DNA of 64,000 nucleotides from an uncultured Acidimicrobiales bacterium (GTDB lineage Bacteria; Actinomycetota; Acidimicrobiia; Acidimicrobiales; SZUA-35): NCBI GenBank assembly GCA_938021675.1, contig CALIFY010000075.1, positions 18,382 to 82,381 of the forward strand, read 5' to 3'. Shown piece by piece: positions 30,537 to 40,390 of this stretch (position 1 is its first letter; each line of letters starts with the position of its first letter). The notes under the pieces were generated by a model. It saw only the letters and a program-made list of their open reading frames with translations, ran no database searches and was not told where the DNA came from. The position numbers and the translations under genes were made by a program.

Positions 30537-31918
30537 CGCTGCTCCCCGGCGGGGTCGACCCCGAAGATTTTGAGTCCCTCGGACAACCGCAGGCGCCAAA
30601 TCAAGACCCGACGCCGGCACCGACCGAGCCGATACCACAGCAAAAGACCGCATCAGCCAACCCGGGCCTCGACACGCCACCACCGACCGACGAGGAACAA
30701 GTACCTCAATCCAGGTTCGCCTGGAGGGATCTTCTCGGCGAAATGCTCCTCGCCCTCACCGCCCGACCGGCGAGGACCCTCCTCACCGCCCTGGGAACTA
30801 TTCTCGGCGTCGCCGCCTTGGTCGCAACCCTCGGCCTGGCCAAAACGGCCGGAAACCAAATCGTGTCGAGGTTCGACGAACTTGAGGCAACGCAGGTCTC
30901 GGTCGAGCCCCAACAAGGGGCGTTCGAATCGAATCGGCAGACCAGCGCCATTCCGTGGGACGCAGAGGACCGTCTCACCCGATTGAACGGCGTCACCGCA
31001 GCTGGCACTATCACTCCGGTCGAAACCAACAATCAACTCACACGGTCGGTCCCCGTGAACGATCCTCTCGGCCAAACCGAGTTCCAAATTCCGGTGGTCG
31101 CTACGAGCCCCGGCCTCTTCCAAGCGGCCCGCGCCCAGTTGTTCACCGGCAGATTCTTCGACGAGGGCCACAACGAACGTGGCGACCAAGTGGCCGTGCT
31201 CGGCCCCGGGGCAGCCCGACGGCTCAATATTTCGCGTGTCGATAACAGTCCAGCCATCTTCATCGGCGACGAATCATTCGCCGTCGTTGGAATCATCGCC
31301 GACACCGCCCGCAAACCGGAACTGCTAAACGCCATCATCGTTCCGGACGGCTTGGCAAAAGACCGGTTCCAGCTTGAAGCTGTATCCGAGGTGCTGATCG
31401 ACGTCGAGGTCGGCGCCGCCGAACTGATCGGCATACAGGCCCCGGTGGCGCTCGCCCCCAACTCGCCAGAAGAGCTACGAGCGGCGATCCCCCCATCACC
31501 GACCCGCGTTCGATCAGACGTTCAGTCCGACGTCAACGCGCTCTTTCTCATCCTCGGTGGCGTGTCACTCCTCGTCGGAGCTATCGGCATCGCCAACGTC
31601 ACCCTGGTGTCGGTTCTAGAACGAACCGGGGAGATCGGGTTGCGCCGGGCGATGGGTGCCACCCGACGTCACGTCGCCGTCCAGTTTCTCGGCGAGTCCG
31701 TGGCGCTCGGCGGATTGGCCGGTCTGCTGGGAACAAGCCTCGGTATCCTCACCGTCGTGGTTGTCTCGGCCACACGAGAATGGTCACCGATCCTCGATTC
31801 ATGGTTGCCGTTCGCCGCTCCGGCGGTCGGGGCGGCAACCGGACTGCTGGCTGGTACCTATCCGGCGTGGAAGGCGGCAAGCACCGAGCCAATCGCCGCG
31901 CTACGAGGTTCCGCCTGA
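30533..31918 (+). CDS. FtsX-like ABC transporter permease (MacB-type with periplasmic domain)
   Basis: 461 aa. TM1, a large extracytoplasmic domain, then a C-terminal FtsX region (ERTGEIGLRRAMGATRRHV). 4-nt overlap with the ATPase stop. Confidence 0.85.
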   Translation: MTLLPGGVDPEDFESLGQPQAPNQDPTPAPTEPIPQQKTASANPGLDTPPPTDEEQVPQSRFAWRDLLGEMLLALTARPARTLLTALGTILGVAALVATLGLAKTAGNQIVSRFDELEATQVSVEPQQGAFESNRQTSAIPWDAEDRLTRLNGVTAAGTITPVETNNQLTRSVPVNDPLGQTEFQIPVVATSPGLFQAARAQLFTGRFFDEGHNERGDQVAVLGPGAARRLNISRVDNSPAIFIGDESFAVVGIIADTARKPELLNAIIVPDGLAKDRFQLEAVSEVLIDVEVGAAELIGIQAPVALAPNSPEELRAAIPPSPTRVRSDVQSDVNALFLILGGVSLLVGAIGIANVTLVSVLERTGEIGLRRAMGATRRHVAVQFLGESVALGGLAGLLGTSLGILTVVVVSATREWSPILDSWLPFAAPAVGAATGLLAGTYPAWKAASTEPIAALRGSA

Positions 31919-31962
31919 GGAGCATTGGCCTTCTCTTCGAAATCTAGACCGTGACATCTGCG

Positions 31963-32574
31963 TCACGTCGGCTCCTCGCCGTCGCTTGTGGCCAGAAGGT
32001 CTCTCACTTGTTGTGCGCCGGCAAGGTCGCCGGACCTGATGGAGAACGCCCACCGGAGTACGGCTACCGCAAGCCGACGCTGTCGAACCGATTCCTCGTC
32101 GCTGGCGCCCCAGGGGTCGTCGAGGCCGACGAGAAGGTCTTCGAGGTCGGCAAGTTCGTCGGTCGCCCCGGCGATGTAGGTATCGAGCCGACCGACCACC
32201 GTTTCGGCGTCGACCGCTCCGGAGAATGAGGTTTGAAGAGCGACCGGGTGTTTGACCACGACCGATGACACCGGTGCCGATGACAACCAGCGTTGCAGCT
32301 CGTCGCGCCCGTCATCGGTCAATTCGAACACCACCTTGTCCGGGTTGTCGCTCTGGTTCACCGGACGGGAAGTCACCAGGCCGGCCGCGGCGAGACGATC
32401 GAGTTCGGTGTAGATCTGGCTCTGCGCCGGTGTCTTATAGAAGGCACCAAGCGATCGGTCCGACCACCGGCGCAGCTCGTACCCAGATAGCTCGTGGCCA
32501 TAGCTGAGGAGCCCAAGAATCACGTAGGCGGTCTGGGTCGGTGTGCGACGGTTGACATCTGCCATAGAACCCAC
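31963..32574 (-). CDS. PadR family transcriptional regulator (with C-terminal domain)
   Basis: 203 aa with YVILGLLSYGHELSGYELRRW...QIYTELDRLAAAGLVTS winged helix. Confidence 0.85.
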   Translation of the reverse strand: MGSMADVNRRTPTQTAYVILGLLSYGHELSGYELRRWSDRSLGAFYKTPAQSQIYTELDRLAAAGLVTSRPVNQSDNPDKVVFELTDDGRDELQRWLSSAPVSSVVVKHPVALQTSFSGAVDAETVVGRLDTYIAGATDELADLEDLLVGLDDPWGASDEESVRQRRLAVAVLRWAFSIRSGDLAGAQQVRDLLATSDGEEPT

Positions 32575-32589
32575 TATACCTTTTTGGCA

Positions 32590-32626
32590 TACCGCATGCT
32601 ATGACTTTCTGTCATAGCATGCGGTA
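32590..32626. promoter_or_regulatory. Perfect 16-bp-arm inverted repeat, candidate PadR operator in the divergent promoter region
   Basis: taccgcatgctatgac (32590-32605), tttct, gtcatagcatgcggta (32611-32626). Lies 16 nt upstream of the PadR start codon. Confidence 0.6.
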
Positions 32627-32627
32627 C

Positions 32628-32672
32628 ACACCACAAGAACACCACAAGTAAGAACACCACAAGAACACCACA
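32628..32672 (+). repeat. About 3.5 tandem copies of 11-mer ACCACAAGAAC in the 5' region of the 32687 gene
   Basis: accacaagaac / accacaag-ta-agaac / accacaagaac / accaca, followed by RBS aggagg (32675-32680) and ATG at 32687. Confidence 0.85.
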
Positions 32673-32686
32673 GCCAGGAGGCACCA

Positions 32687-33019
32687 ATGTCTGATGAGCG
32701 CATCATGATGAAGAACCCAAACACCGGGCGCGACGATCTCCGTATCCGCCGTGAAATGTACGAACCGGTCAAGGCGGCGATCTTGGCCGCAATCGCCGAT
32801 GCCGGCTCGCTGGCGTTCGCCGACCTCCGCGACCAAGTAGAAGCTCGAACGCCGGCACCTCTGTGGACCGATGCATCTGTCGGGTGGTATACGACGTCGG
32901 TAAAGCTGCACCTCGAAGCGACCGGACTCCTCTCCCGTTCCGGCAGTCCGCAAATACTCGAACTCACCGATGCCGGACGAACCGCCCTCAGCGAAGGTCC
33001 GTCACCAGATCTGCCGTGA
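32687..33019 (+). CDS. Hypothetical small protein (winged-helix-like?), divergent from PadR
   Basis: 110 aa with a strong RBS (aggagg 7 nt upstream). Family not recognised with confidence. Confidence 0.55.
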   Translation: MSDERIMMKNPNTGRDDLRIRREMYEPVKAAILAAIADAGSLAFADLRDQVEARTPAPLWTDASVGWYTTSVKLHLEATGLLSRSGSPQILELTDAGRTALSEGPSPDLP

Positions 33020-34406
33020 TCCGATCGGCCATGGCCATCACCGGCACCTGCAGGCCGCCGGTCGGCAGCGAAGGAAATACCGAAGCGTCGACCACTCGCA
33101 GCCCGTCACACCCCTCGAGCGCACCAAATCGACCGCGTTCGATACCGGCCACCCCTCCCCCACCGGCAGGGCCGAGCGGACAACTGGCCGCCACGTGAGC
33201 AAAAGGTCCTGGATGGTCGGCCAGCCACCGGTCGAGTTCACTATCGGACATCGAATACAGGTGGTCGATCGTGGTGCCGACGTCGTCGATACACACCGAA
33301 TCGGCGATGCGGTCAACGGAAGCTGAAGTCATCAGGTCGGCAACGTGACGCACCGCGCCACGAAATCTGGCCCTGTCGTGTCGCTGGTCTAAGGCTCCGG
33401 TATCGACAGACAACCCCGTGGCATCAACGGTGAGACGACCGACCGACGCCGGCGCCATCAAGCCGACGGCCACCGCACCGAACCGTGGGCCGGTACCGTC
33501 ATCGACTCGATCGAGAACGACAGCCTGCAGATCGCCGTCAACTCCTTCCCCGGATGACCACCGCAACACCGTCGAGACAGCCCGGGGCCAACCCAAGGCC
33601 GGCGCCTGCGATGGTCGGTAGGTGATGGTGAACGCAAACGATGGGTGGTCACGCAACGGCACCCCAGCGGCGAGATCGATCAACCCGGCACCATGGAGAA
33701 GTAACGGTGTCTGAATAGCGCCGGCAGCCAAGACCACCAACGGAGCGGTAAACGCCCTCGACCCAGCCGACACCCCGATCACCTTCCGGCGATCGGCTGA
33801 CAGGATCAACCGGTCGACCGGAGTCGACGGTACGATCTCCAACCCCCGAGATGACCGGCCCTCCACCACCTCGGCCGTCGAGACCCGACGGCCGGCTCGG
33901 ACCGACAGATCGGCTGTCAGCACCCCAAGCCGTTCGCCGTCCAACGTCGACCCTCCGACCGGATGCCCTGCGGCCGACGCCGCAGTTTCGACTGCACCCG
34001 ACAGCGGACCGGCATCGACCCTGCCAACCGGAAGCCGAGCGACGGCAGCGTCGAGCCACGGGCCCAACGCTGCGGCCCCCCAGCCGGTGCACCCAAACTC
34101 CACAACCCACCGGTCGTAGTCCGCCCGGGCACCGGGCGACAAGACCAACGAGTTAATCAACGACCCCCCGCCTACCCCCAGCCCTTGTCGATACGGGCGA
34201 GACGCGCCGTCAGGTCGCCCGACCACAACCTCCGGCCACCGGCGCGTCTGCTCGTCAGCGGCCCCAACCGTGTCGAGGCCCGCAATCGATTCCGGGTGCG
34301 GAGGCCCGGGCCCCGCATCGAGCAACGTCACCGAAGCGCCGGCATCGACCAGCCGACGAGCAGCGATGCATCCAGCCGGTCCGGCCCCAACAACGACTAC
34401 ATCCAT
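32988..34406 (-). CDS. GMC family FAD-dependent oxidoreductase
   Basis: 472 aa with N-terminal DVVVVGAGPAGCIAARRL and C-terminal GLRVVDASVFPSLPTGGLQVPVMAMADRI. Confidence 0.85.
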   Translation of the reverse strand: MDVVVVGAGPAGCIAARRLVDAGASVTLLDAGPGPPHPESIAGLDTVGAADEQTRRWPEVVVGRPDGASRPYRQGLGVGGGSLINSLVLSPGARADYDRWVVEFGCTGWGAAALGPWLDAAVARLPVGRVDAGPLSGAVETAASAAGHPVGGSTLDGERLGVLTADLSVRAGRRVSTAEVVEGRSSRGLEIVPSTPVDRLILSADRRKVIGVSAGSRAFTAPLVVLAAGAIQTPLLLHGAGLIDLAAGVPLRDHPSFAFTITYRPSQAPALGWPRAVSTVLRWSSGEGVDGDLQAVVLDRVDDGTGPRFGAVAVGLMAPASVGRLTVDATGLSVDTGALDQRHDRARFRGAVRHVADLMTSASVDRIADSVCIDDVGTTIDHLYSMSDSELDRWLADHPGPFAHVAASCPLGPAGGGGVAGIERGRFGALEGCDGLRVVDASVFPSLPTGGLQVPVMAMADRITADLVTDLR

Positions 34407-34426
34407 ATGTCGACGCGCCGGGTTGT

Positions 34427-35995
34427 TCAGCTGGCCTGACGATCTCGGAGGAACCTGCGAAGTATCTTGCCGGACGCCGATTTCGGGATCTCGTCGACAA
34501 ATTCAACGATCCGGATCTGCTTGTACGAGGCGACATGACCGGAAACGAACGCTTGGAGCTCTTCGGCGGAAACGGTGGCCTCAGGCTTACAAACAACGAA
34601 CGCCTTGGGCAACTCGCCAGCCTCCAGGTCGGGAATTCCGATCACCGCAACGTCGGCAACCATTGGATGGGTCACGAGCAAAGCCTCAAGCTCGGCCGGA
34701 GGCACCTGGAACCCCTTATATTTGATGAGTTCCTTCACTCGATCGACGATGTACATATGGCCGTCCTCATCGAACCGAGCCACGTCGCCGGTGTGAAGCC
34801 ACCCATCCCCATCGACGGTCTCAGCCGTCGCTTCCGGATTGTTCAGGTAGCCGGCCATGATCTGCGGACCCCGGCACCACAACTCGCCCTCCCCGCCGGC
34901 GCTCACATCTTGACCCATCGGATCCACGATTCGGCATTCGGTGTTCGGCAAGGTGATCCCGCACGACCCGGCCTTGGCGTCATCGCCGGCGGTCGCGTGA
35001 CTTACCGGACTCATCTCGGTCATGCCGTAACCTTGGACCACGGGACACCCGATCCGGGCCGATGCCTCTTCGGCCAAATCACCGCCGAGAGGCGCCGCCC
35101 CACAAAACACCTTGCGCAGCGACGACAAGTCAAACCGTTCGACGGCCGGATGTTTGGCCAGGCCCAGCACGATCGGGGGCACAGCGAAGAACTGGGTCAC
35201 CCGATAGTCCTGGATCAGCTGCAGCGCTTGCTCCATATCGAATCGAGGCATCGTCACGACAGTGACCCCCTCGGCCAACAACCCGTTCATCAACACTTGC
35301 ATGCCGTAGATGTGGAAGAAGGGAAGAACCGCCAGCGCAACCTCACCGTTCGTGTACTGCAATACGGGCGACGACTGAGCCAAATTGGCGACCAGGTTCC
35401 GATGGGAAAGCATCACACCTTTGGGTAGCCCGGTCGTACCCGACGAGTACGGCAACACCACGATGTGGGTCTCGGGGTCGACCGCCACCTGTTCCATCGG
35501 TTCACCGATGAGCTCATCGAGATTGGAGGTTCCGGCTGCCGGTTCGCCGCCACCGTCGATCACCGCCACCCTGGTCACTCCGGTACCCTCGATGGCCTCA
35601 AGCGCTGTCGGCAAAAAGTCACCAAGGGTCACCAACAGACTGGCGCCCGCATCGTTGAGCTGAAACCGAACCTCGTCAGGGCCATACGTCGGATTGATGG
35701 TGGTCACCGTCCCCCCAGCGACAGCGACGGCGTGGAAAACGATGGCGTACTGGGGCACATTCGGCGCCATAATTCCGACCGTTTGTCCAACCCCATACCC
35801 TGCGGCGGTTAGCCCACCGGCCAACCGGGCGATGGCATCGGCGAGTTCGGAAAACGTTTGGACGGAACCGGTCACCCCATCGATCAGCGCCGGTTGGTCA
35901 CCCCGATCGGCCGCGTTCCGCAATACGTAGTCGGTTATCGACACCTCGGGTATTGGTTGGTCGGCGAGGGGGCTGCGGTACACAGGTCCGGTCAT
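34427..35995 (-). CDS. AMP-dependent acyl-CoA synthetase/ligase (4-coumarate-CoA ligase-like)
   Basis: LPYSSGTTGLPKGVMLSHRNL AMP-binding signature, GYGMTE, and GWLHTGD...DRVKELIKYKG. The internal Met (MTGPVYRSPL) is the likely start, with a coordinate uncertainty of a few nt. The listed ORF runs to 36142. Confidence 0.88.
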   Translation of the reverse strand: MTGPVYRSPLADQPIPEVSITDYVLRNAADRGDQPALIDGVTGSVQTFSELADAIARLAGGLTAAGYGVGQTVGIMAPNVPQYAIVFHAVAVAGGTVTTINPTYGPDEVRFQLNDAGASLLVTLGDFLPTALEAIEGTGVTRVAVIDGGGEPAAGTSNLDELIGEPMEQVAVDPETHIVVLPYSSGTTGLPKGVMLSHRNLVANLAQSSPVLQYTNGEVALAVLPFFHIYGMQVLMNGLLAEGVTVVTMPRFDMEQALQLIQDYRVTQFFAVPPIVLGLAKHPAVERFDLSSLRKVFCGAAPLGGDLAEEASARIGCPVVQGYGMTEMSPVSHATAGDDAKAGSCGITLPNTECRIVDPMGQDVSAGGEGELWCRGPQIMAGYLNNPEATAETVDGDGWLHTGDVARFDEDGHMYIVDRVKELIKYKGFQVPPAELEALLVTHPMVADVAVIGIPDLEAGELPKAFVVCKPEATVSAEELQAFVSGHVASYKQIRIVEFVDEIPKSASGKILRRFLRDRQAS

Positions 35996-36099
35996 GACCG
36001 AAGAATAGAACGGTCGATGGGCTAGAGCCCAGACCAGTCGAAAACGAGCGGCAACGGGTGGGACGAAGCGGCAGGTTGCTGAACAACCGGTGAACTTCG

Positions 36100-37650
36100 G
36101 TGACGCGGCGAAATCAAGGGCGACCGAGTACTGTTCGACCATCTATGGACCCACAGCCGAAGGCACGCCGGTGGTCGCCCCAGCGTCTCGCCGTGCCGAT
36201 CGTTGTCATTTCGCTAGCTGTAGTCGCAGTAGCGGTATGGCGCTTCTCCGATAGCAATGGTTCCGGAGATTCTGGCGACCCGACAGGAGCGGAATCGGCT
36301 GACGCCGAACGCGACGGCGACGCGACGACAACCGTCGATCCCGTCGACGTCACAGCCGGCGTCGCACGAGAGTTCGGTCCGGCTCCAGATGTCCCCGATG
36401 AGCCGTGGTCCGAAGAAACCAACGAAGCCTTAGATCAAGCCATCGAGGCGCTCGCGGTCGGCACCAGTCCAAGCGACCAGCTAAATCAGCTGGTCGAGAC
36501 AGGCGACGCCAGGCTCGGCTGGGCGCTAGCTGATCTGCTCCGGTTCTCCGGCCAAGGTGAGGCCGGTGAGTCGGTCACCGGCGCAGTGCAGCGTCTGTTG
36601 CCGGAGGCCGAGATCAATTCGATCGATGCCTGGGGCACTACCGTCGACCATCTGATCGCTTGGGACCTCCCGGTGCCAGACGACTACGTGGACTTCAAGC
36701 GCGCGTTTTATGGCCGCTTGGAACCTCAATGGGGTGAGCTATTCGAGGGGGGCGACGACATCGACTGGCGCCACGTCAGCTGGGGCGGAGTGGGGATCGA
36801 TTCCCGTGAACTCGGCTCGCAGGACCAGTGCCGGTGCATCCCCGCGCTCGACGACCCTGTCGTCACGCCAGCCGAAGACGGCGATTGGTACCCCGACGAC
36901 CGTTTGGTGTTCGGCGTCGTGGTCAACGATGAGGCTCGGGCTTACCCAAAGAACATCATGGAAGTTCATGAGATGGTGAACGACACACTGGGCGGGCGTC
37001 GAATCGGTATCCCCTACTGCACGTTGTGCGGATCCGCCCAGGCGTACTTCACCGACGAACTTTCTGACGATCTCGTTGAAGAATACGGTCCGCCGGTGTT
37101 CCGCACCTCAGGTCTACTTATCCGCTCAAACAAGATGATGTACGAGCTGAACAGCCGCTCGTTTGTCGACACCTTCGTCGGAAACGCCGCCTCCGGGCCT
37201 TTGGCCGAAGCCGGGGTTACCTTCGCTCAAGTATCGGTGGTCACCTCAACGTGGGCCGAGTGGAAAGCCGCCCATCCGGACACCACGATCGTGGCCGAAG
37301 ATGGCGGCATCGGCCGCCGGTACGATCTCGATCCCTTGCGGGGAAGAGACGACGACGGTCCTATTTTCCCGATCGGCGATGTTGATCCCCGGCTACCGGT
37401 GCAGGAGCCGATTCTTGGCCTGTTCACCGACGACGGCGACCCGATCGCCATCCACGTCGCAGCGGCGACCGGCGTGCTTGAAGAAGGCGGTCAGATCGAG
37501 ATCGAAGGTCTCGAGGTACAACTCGACGGCAGCGGCCTCCGCGCTGCGAGAGATGGAGCGGACGTCGGCGGCCACCAAGCGTTTTGGTTTGCCTGGAGTC
37601 AGTTCCATCCCGACACCAACGTCTGGCCCTTGGATTACGTCGACGGTTAG
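36100..37650 (+). CDS. DUF3179 domain-containing membrane-anchored protein
   Basis: 516 aa with an N-terminal TM helix. The core VVNDEARAYPKNIMEVHEMVNDTLGGRRIGIPYCTLCGSAQAYF...TSGLLIRSNKMMYE matches my recollection of DUF3179. Confidence 0.6.
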   Translation: MTRRNQGRPSTVRPSMDPQPKARRWSPQRLAVPIVVISLAVVAVAVWRFSDSNGSGDSGDPTGAESADAERDGDATTTVDPVDVTAGVAREFGPAPDVPDEPWSEETNEALDQAIEALAVGTSPSDQLNQLVETGDARLGWALADLLRFSGQGEAGESVTGAVQRLLPEAEINSIDAWGTTVDHLIAWDLPVPDDYVDFKRAFYGRLEPQWGELFEGGDDIDWRHVSWGGVGIDSRELGSQDQCRCIPALDDPVVTPAEDGDWYPDDRLVFGVVVNDEARAYPKNIMEVHEMVNDTLGGRRIGIPYCTLCGSAQAYFTDELSDDLVEEYGPPVFRTSGLLIRSNKMMYELNSRSFVDTFVGNAASGPLAEAGVTFAQVSVVTSTWAEWKAAHPDTTIVAEDGGIGRRYDLDPLRGRDDDGPIFPIGDVDPRLPVQEPILGLFTDDGDPIAIHVAAATGVLEEGGQIEIEGLEVQLDGSGLRAARDGADVGGHQAFWFAWSQFHPDTNVWPLDYVDG

Positions 37651-37715
37651 CGTGACGAAGGCCGAGGGGGTGGCCTGCTACCCTCAGCGCCCAGAAGGGT
37701 TACGGCTGAAGCGGT

Positions 37716-38609
37716 GTGAACATGAGCTGGAGAGAGCTGAGCGATACCGAACGCGAACGCCAGTATTCACCGAGTTCCTGTCTGCCCGACGGCGACTACA
37801 CGCCATTCGTTGATGAGTACCGGCGGGCCAGTAAGCAGACCTGGGAGCAAGCCAACCTCTCTCCGAGTGTGACGACATCTGTGGTCCGCTACGGCGATGC
37901 CCCGTCCCAGACGATCGACGTTGCGGTGCCGTCGCCATCGGGAGGTCGACCGCCGCTACTCGTGTTCTTCCACGGTGGCTACTGGCAAGAGTTGTCGAAG
38001 CTCGACGCTCGCTTCCCGGCCCGGGGTTGCCTTCGACAGGGATGGGGGTATGCCGCCGTCGACTACACGTTGGCGCCAGACGCCACCATCGACATGATCG
38101 TCGAAGAATGCAAAGAGGCGGTGCGAGCCCTTCATCAAGTCGCCGGGTCGCTCGGCGTTGACCGCTCCCGGTTCTTTCTCGCTGGAAGTTCGGCCGGCGC
38201 CCACCTCGCCGCTATGGCCGCGGTCGAATCGGGCGGTGCTATCCCCGAGATCGCAGGGGTCGTACTCCTCTCGGGCATATTCGAGCTCGGCCCACTCATC
38301 GATACATCGATCAACGACCGGTTGGGACTCGACATCGCGAGCGCCCACCGCAACAGTCCGCTGTTAGTCGACACTCGGCGATTCCCGCCCGCACTCCTCG
38401 CCCATGGGGAGAACGAGACCACCGAGTTCAAAGCGCAGACGACCCGCTTCGCCGAACACCTTCGCTCAGCACAGGTTTCGACCCGGACGCTGGAGATACC
38501 GTCACGCAACCACTTCGATGTCGTCATGGACCTCACCGAAACCGAGACGGTGTTGGGTGGGGCCGTCTCGGCCCTGATTGAGCAGGAGCATTCCGATGCC
38601 CACCTATGA
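37716..38609 (+). CDS. kynB: Alpha/beta-fold arylformamidase (kynurenine formamidase, Afmid/Bna7-type)
   Basis: 297 aa with LLVFFHGGYWQ oxyanion motif and nucleophile elbow GSSAGAHL. Directly precedes the tryptophan 2,3-dioxygenase gene. Confidence 0.7.
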   Translation: MNMSWRELSDTERERQYSPSSCLPDGDYTPFVDEYRRASKQTWEQANLSPSVTTSVVRYGDAPSQTIDVAVPSPSGGRPPLLVFFHGGYWQELSKLDARFPARGCLRQGWGYAAVDYTLAPDATIDMIVEECKEAVRALHQVAGSLGVDRSRFFLAGSSAGAHLAAMAAVESGGAIPEIAGVVLLSGIFELGPLIDTSINDRLGLDIASAHRNSPLLVDTRRFPPALLAHGENETTEFKAQTTRFAEHLRSAQVSTRTLEIPSRNHFDVVMDLTETETVLGGAVSALIEQEHSDAHL

Positions 38610-39528
38610 ACCTCACGTACCGTCCGTCGTCGATATCTCTGGCGTAGACGGTTCTCCGTATCCCCGTCCGCTGCCGATCACCACCGATGAGGCAAGAGCT
38701 GCCACCGCAGCGGAGACCGCAGGCGAACCGCTGCTCGACTTCGACGGGACCTCAAATCCGTATATCGACTACCAGAGCATCGATCTGTTGCTGTCGTTAC
38801 AGCATCCTCGGAGCTCAGGGTACGACGAGATGTGTTTCTACGTCATGGGTCAGGTGAAGGAGCTGTTGTTTCGTGGACTCCACTTCGAACTGGTAAACGC
38901 ACAACGACAGATTCAACAGGACTCAACGGTCAATGCCATCGAAATCCTTCAACGAGCGCATGCCTACCTCGTGTACATCACATCGTCGTGGGACCTGCTA
39001 AACACCATCTCCACCGAAGGATTCAACCAGTTTCGAGACGCGCTGGGGACAGCCTCTGGGCAACTCTCCTTCATGTACCGACACATCGAGTTCGTTCTAG
39101 GAAACAAGAGCGAACGACTCGCCAACGCCCACCGCAACGTGCCACACGTTTGGCCGGGGATCGAACGAGCGTTGAAGTCACCAAGCCTCTATGACGACTG
39201 CCTCGCCCTCCTGGCCAGACGCGGGTTCGTCATCGACGATGACGTCCTCGATCGAAACTGGTCACGGCCCTACGAAGCGAATGGGTCGGTTGAAGATGCA
39301 TGGCGGGACGTCTTCGCCGAGGCCATACCGTCCAATGACCTCTACCGGTTGGGGCAAGCCCTGGCCGACATTGACCAACAATTCTCGATCTACCGGTGGA
39401 GGCATTTCGTGTCGGTGGAACGCATCATCGGCCACAAAGCCGGGACGGGCGGATCCTCGGGCGTGGAGTGGCTTGAGGCGGTAACACACCACCGCTTCTT
39501 CCCAGAGATCTGGGCGACCGCCAACTGA
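38578..39528 (+). CDS. kynA: Tryptophan 2,3-dioxygenase
   Basis: YIDYQSIDLLLSLQHP, EMCFYVMGQVKELLF, RWRHFVSVERIIGHKAGTGGSSGVEWL, the conserved TDO motifs. Overlaps the kynB 3' end. The true start may be Met at 38596. Confidence 0.85.
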   Translation: MSRSIPMPTYEPHVPSVVDISGVDGSPYPRPLPITTDEARAATAAETAGEPLLDFDGTSNPYIDYQSIDLLLSLQHPRSSGYDEMCFYVMGQVKELLFRGLHFELVNAQRQIQQDSTVNAIEILQRAHAYLVYITSSWDLLNTISTEGFNQFRDALGTASGQLSFMYRHIEFVLGNKSERLANAHRNVPHVWPGIERALKSPSLYDDCLALLARRGFVIDDDVLDRNWSRPYEANGSVEDAWRDVFAEAIPSNDLYRLGQALADIDQQFSIYRWRHFVSVERIIGHKAGTGGSSGVEWLEAVTHHRFFPEIWATAN

Positions 39529-39555
39529 CAACGGCGACCCGAAGGACCTACTAGC

Positions 39556-40230
39556 TCAAACGATTCCGAGGGAGCCGATGATCTTCGTCACGAGCACGTA
39601 GTTGGCCACTGTGGTCAACAGACCGAACACCATCCACGTGGCACCACGCGAACGCCATTGGAAGCGCTGCGGGAACCGGATCGTTTCGCGAAGCGATTCG
39701 TCGCCGGCATCGAGGTCGCGGGTGGAGAACCAACCAGCCAACCAGATCGCAGCACCGAAGAGCAACAAGAGCTGGGTCAACAACGACAGGTAGAGCCGGG
39801 TCAGTTCGTTCAACCGATCGGCTTCGGGGAACACGCTGCCCACCTGTTCCGGCTTGAAGAACACGTTGAACTGCTCACCGACGAACGGTCGATCGGAGAC
39901 GAGCGCTCCGCTCGAAGTAACGAGCGTCGACGGAAGCGGATCGCTTGCATCGTCGGCGTACAGCGTGCCGCTACAGCGCCACTGATCGGCACCGAGACCA
40001 GCGTCCTCGGCACAGCCCTCGACGACGAAGTTGCCAACGCCGTCGTACTCGGCCGTCCAGCCGACGATCATGTCGGCCCGCTGCATCGTCAACAAGAGAG
40101 CCAAGACGCAAACGGCCCCAACGATTATGGGTACCGCTTCCCGAATGAGCTCTTCGGTCGATTTGCCGGCCAACGGGTTGGTCGTACCGGTCTCGGACTT
40201 TGGTGTCGTGATTTGAATCGCCCCTGCCAC
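39556..40230 (-). CDS. Hypothetical membrane protein
   Basis: 224 aa with hydrophobic helices near residues 35-55 and at the C-terminus. No family recognised. Confidence 0.45.
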   Translation of the reverse strand: MAGAIQITTPKSETGTTNPLAGKSTEELIREAVPIIVGAVCVLALLLTMQRADMIVGWTAEYDGVGNFVVEGCAEDAGLGADQWRCSGTLYADDASDPLPSTLVTSSGALVSDRPFVGEQFNVFFKPEQVGSVFPEADRLNELTRLYLSLLTQLLLLFGAAIWLAGWFSTRDLDAGDESLRETIRFPQRFQWRSRGATWMVFGLLTTVANYVLVTKIIGSLGIV

Positions 40231-40390
40231 AACGTCACCTTACGCTCGAGTTGCTGGATGTCGAAGCTCGCGCCTCTGGATCGTAAGACGTTTGGAATGG
40301 AGAAAGGTCGCGTCGTCATCTTTTAGTCAACTGAGCTACGCGTCGCCCATAGCCGGCGCTCGCCAAACGCTCCCCCGCCGGCGGGCGATG

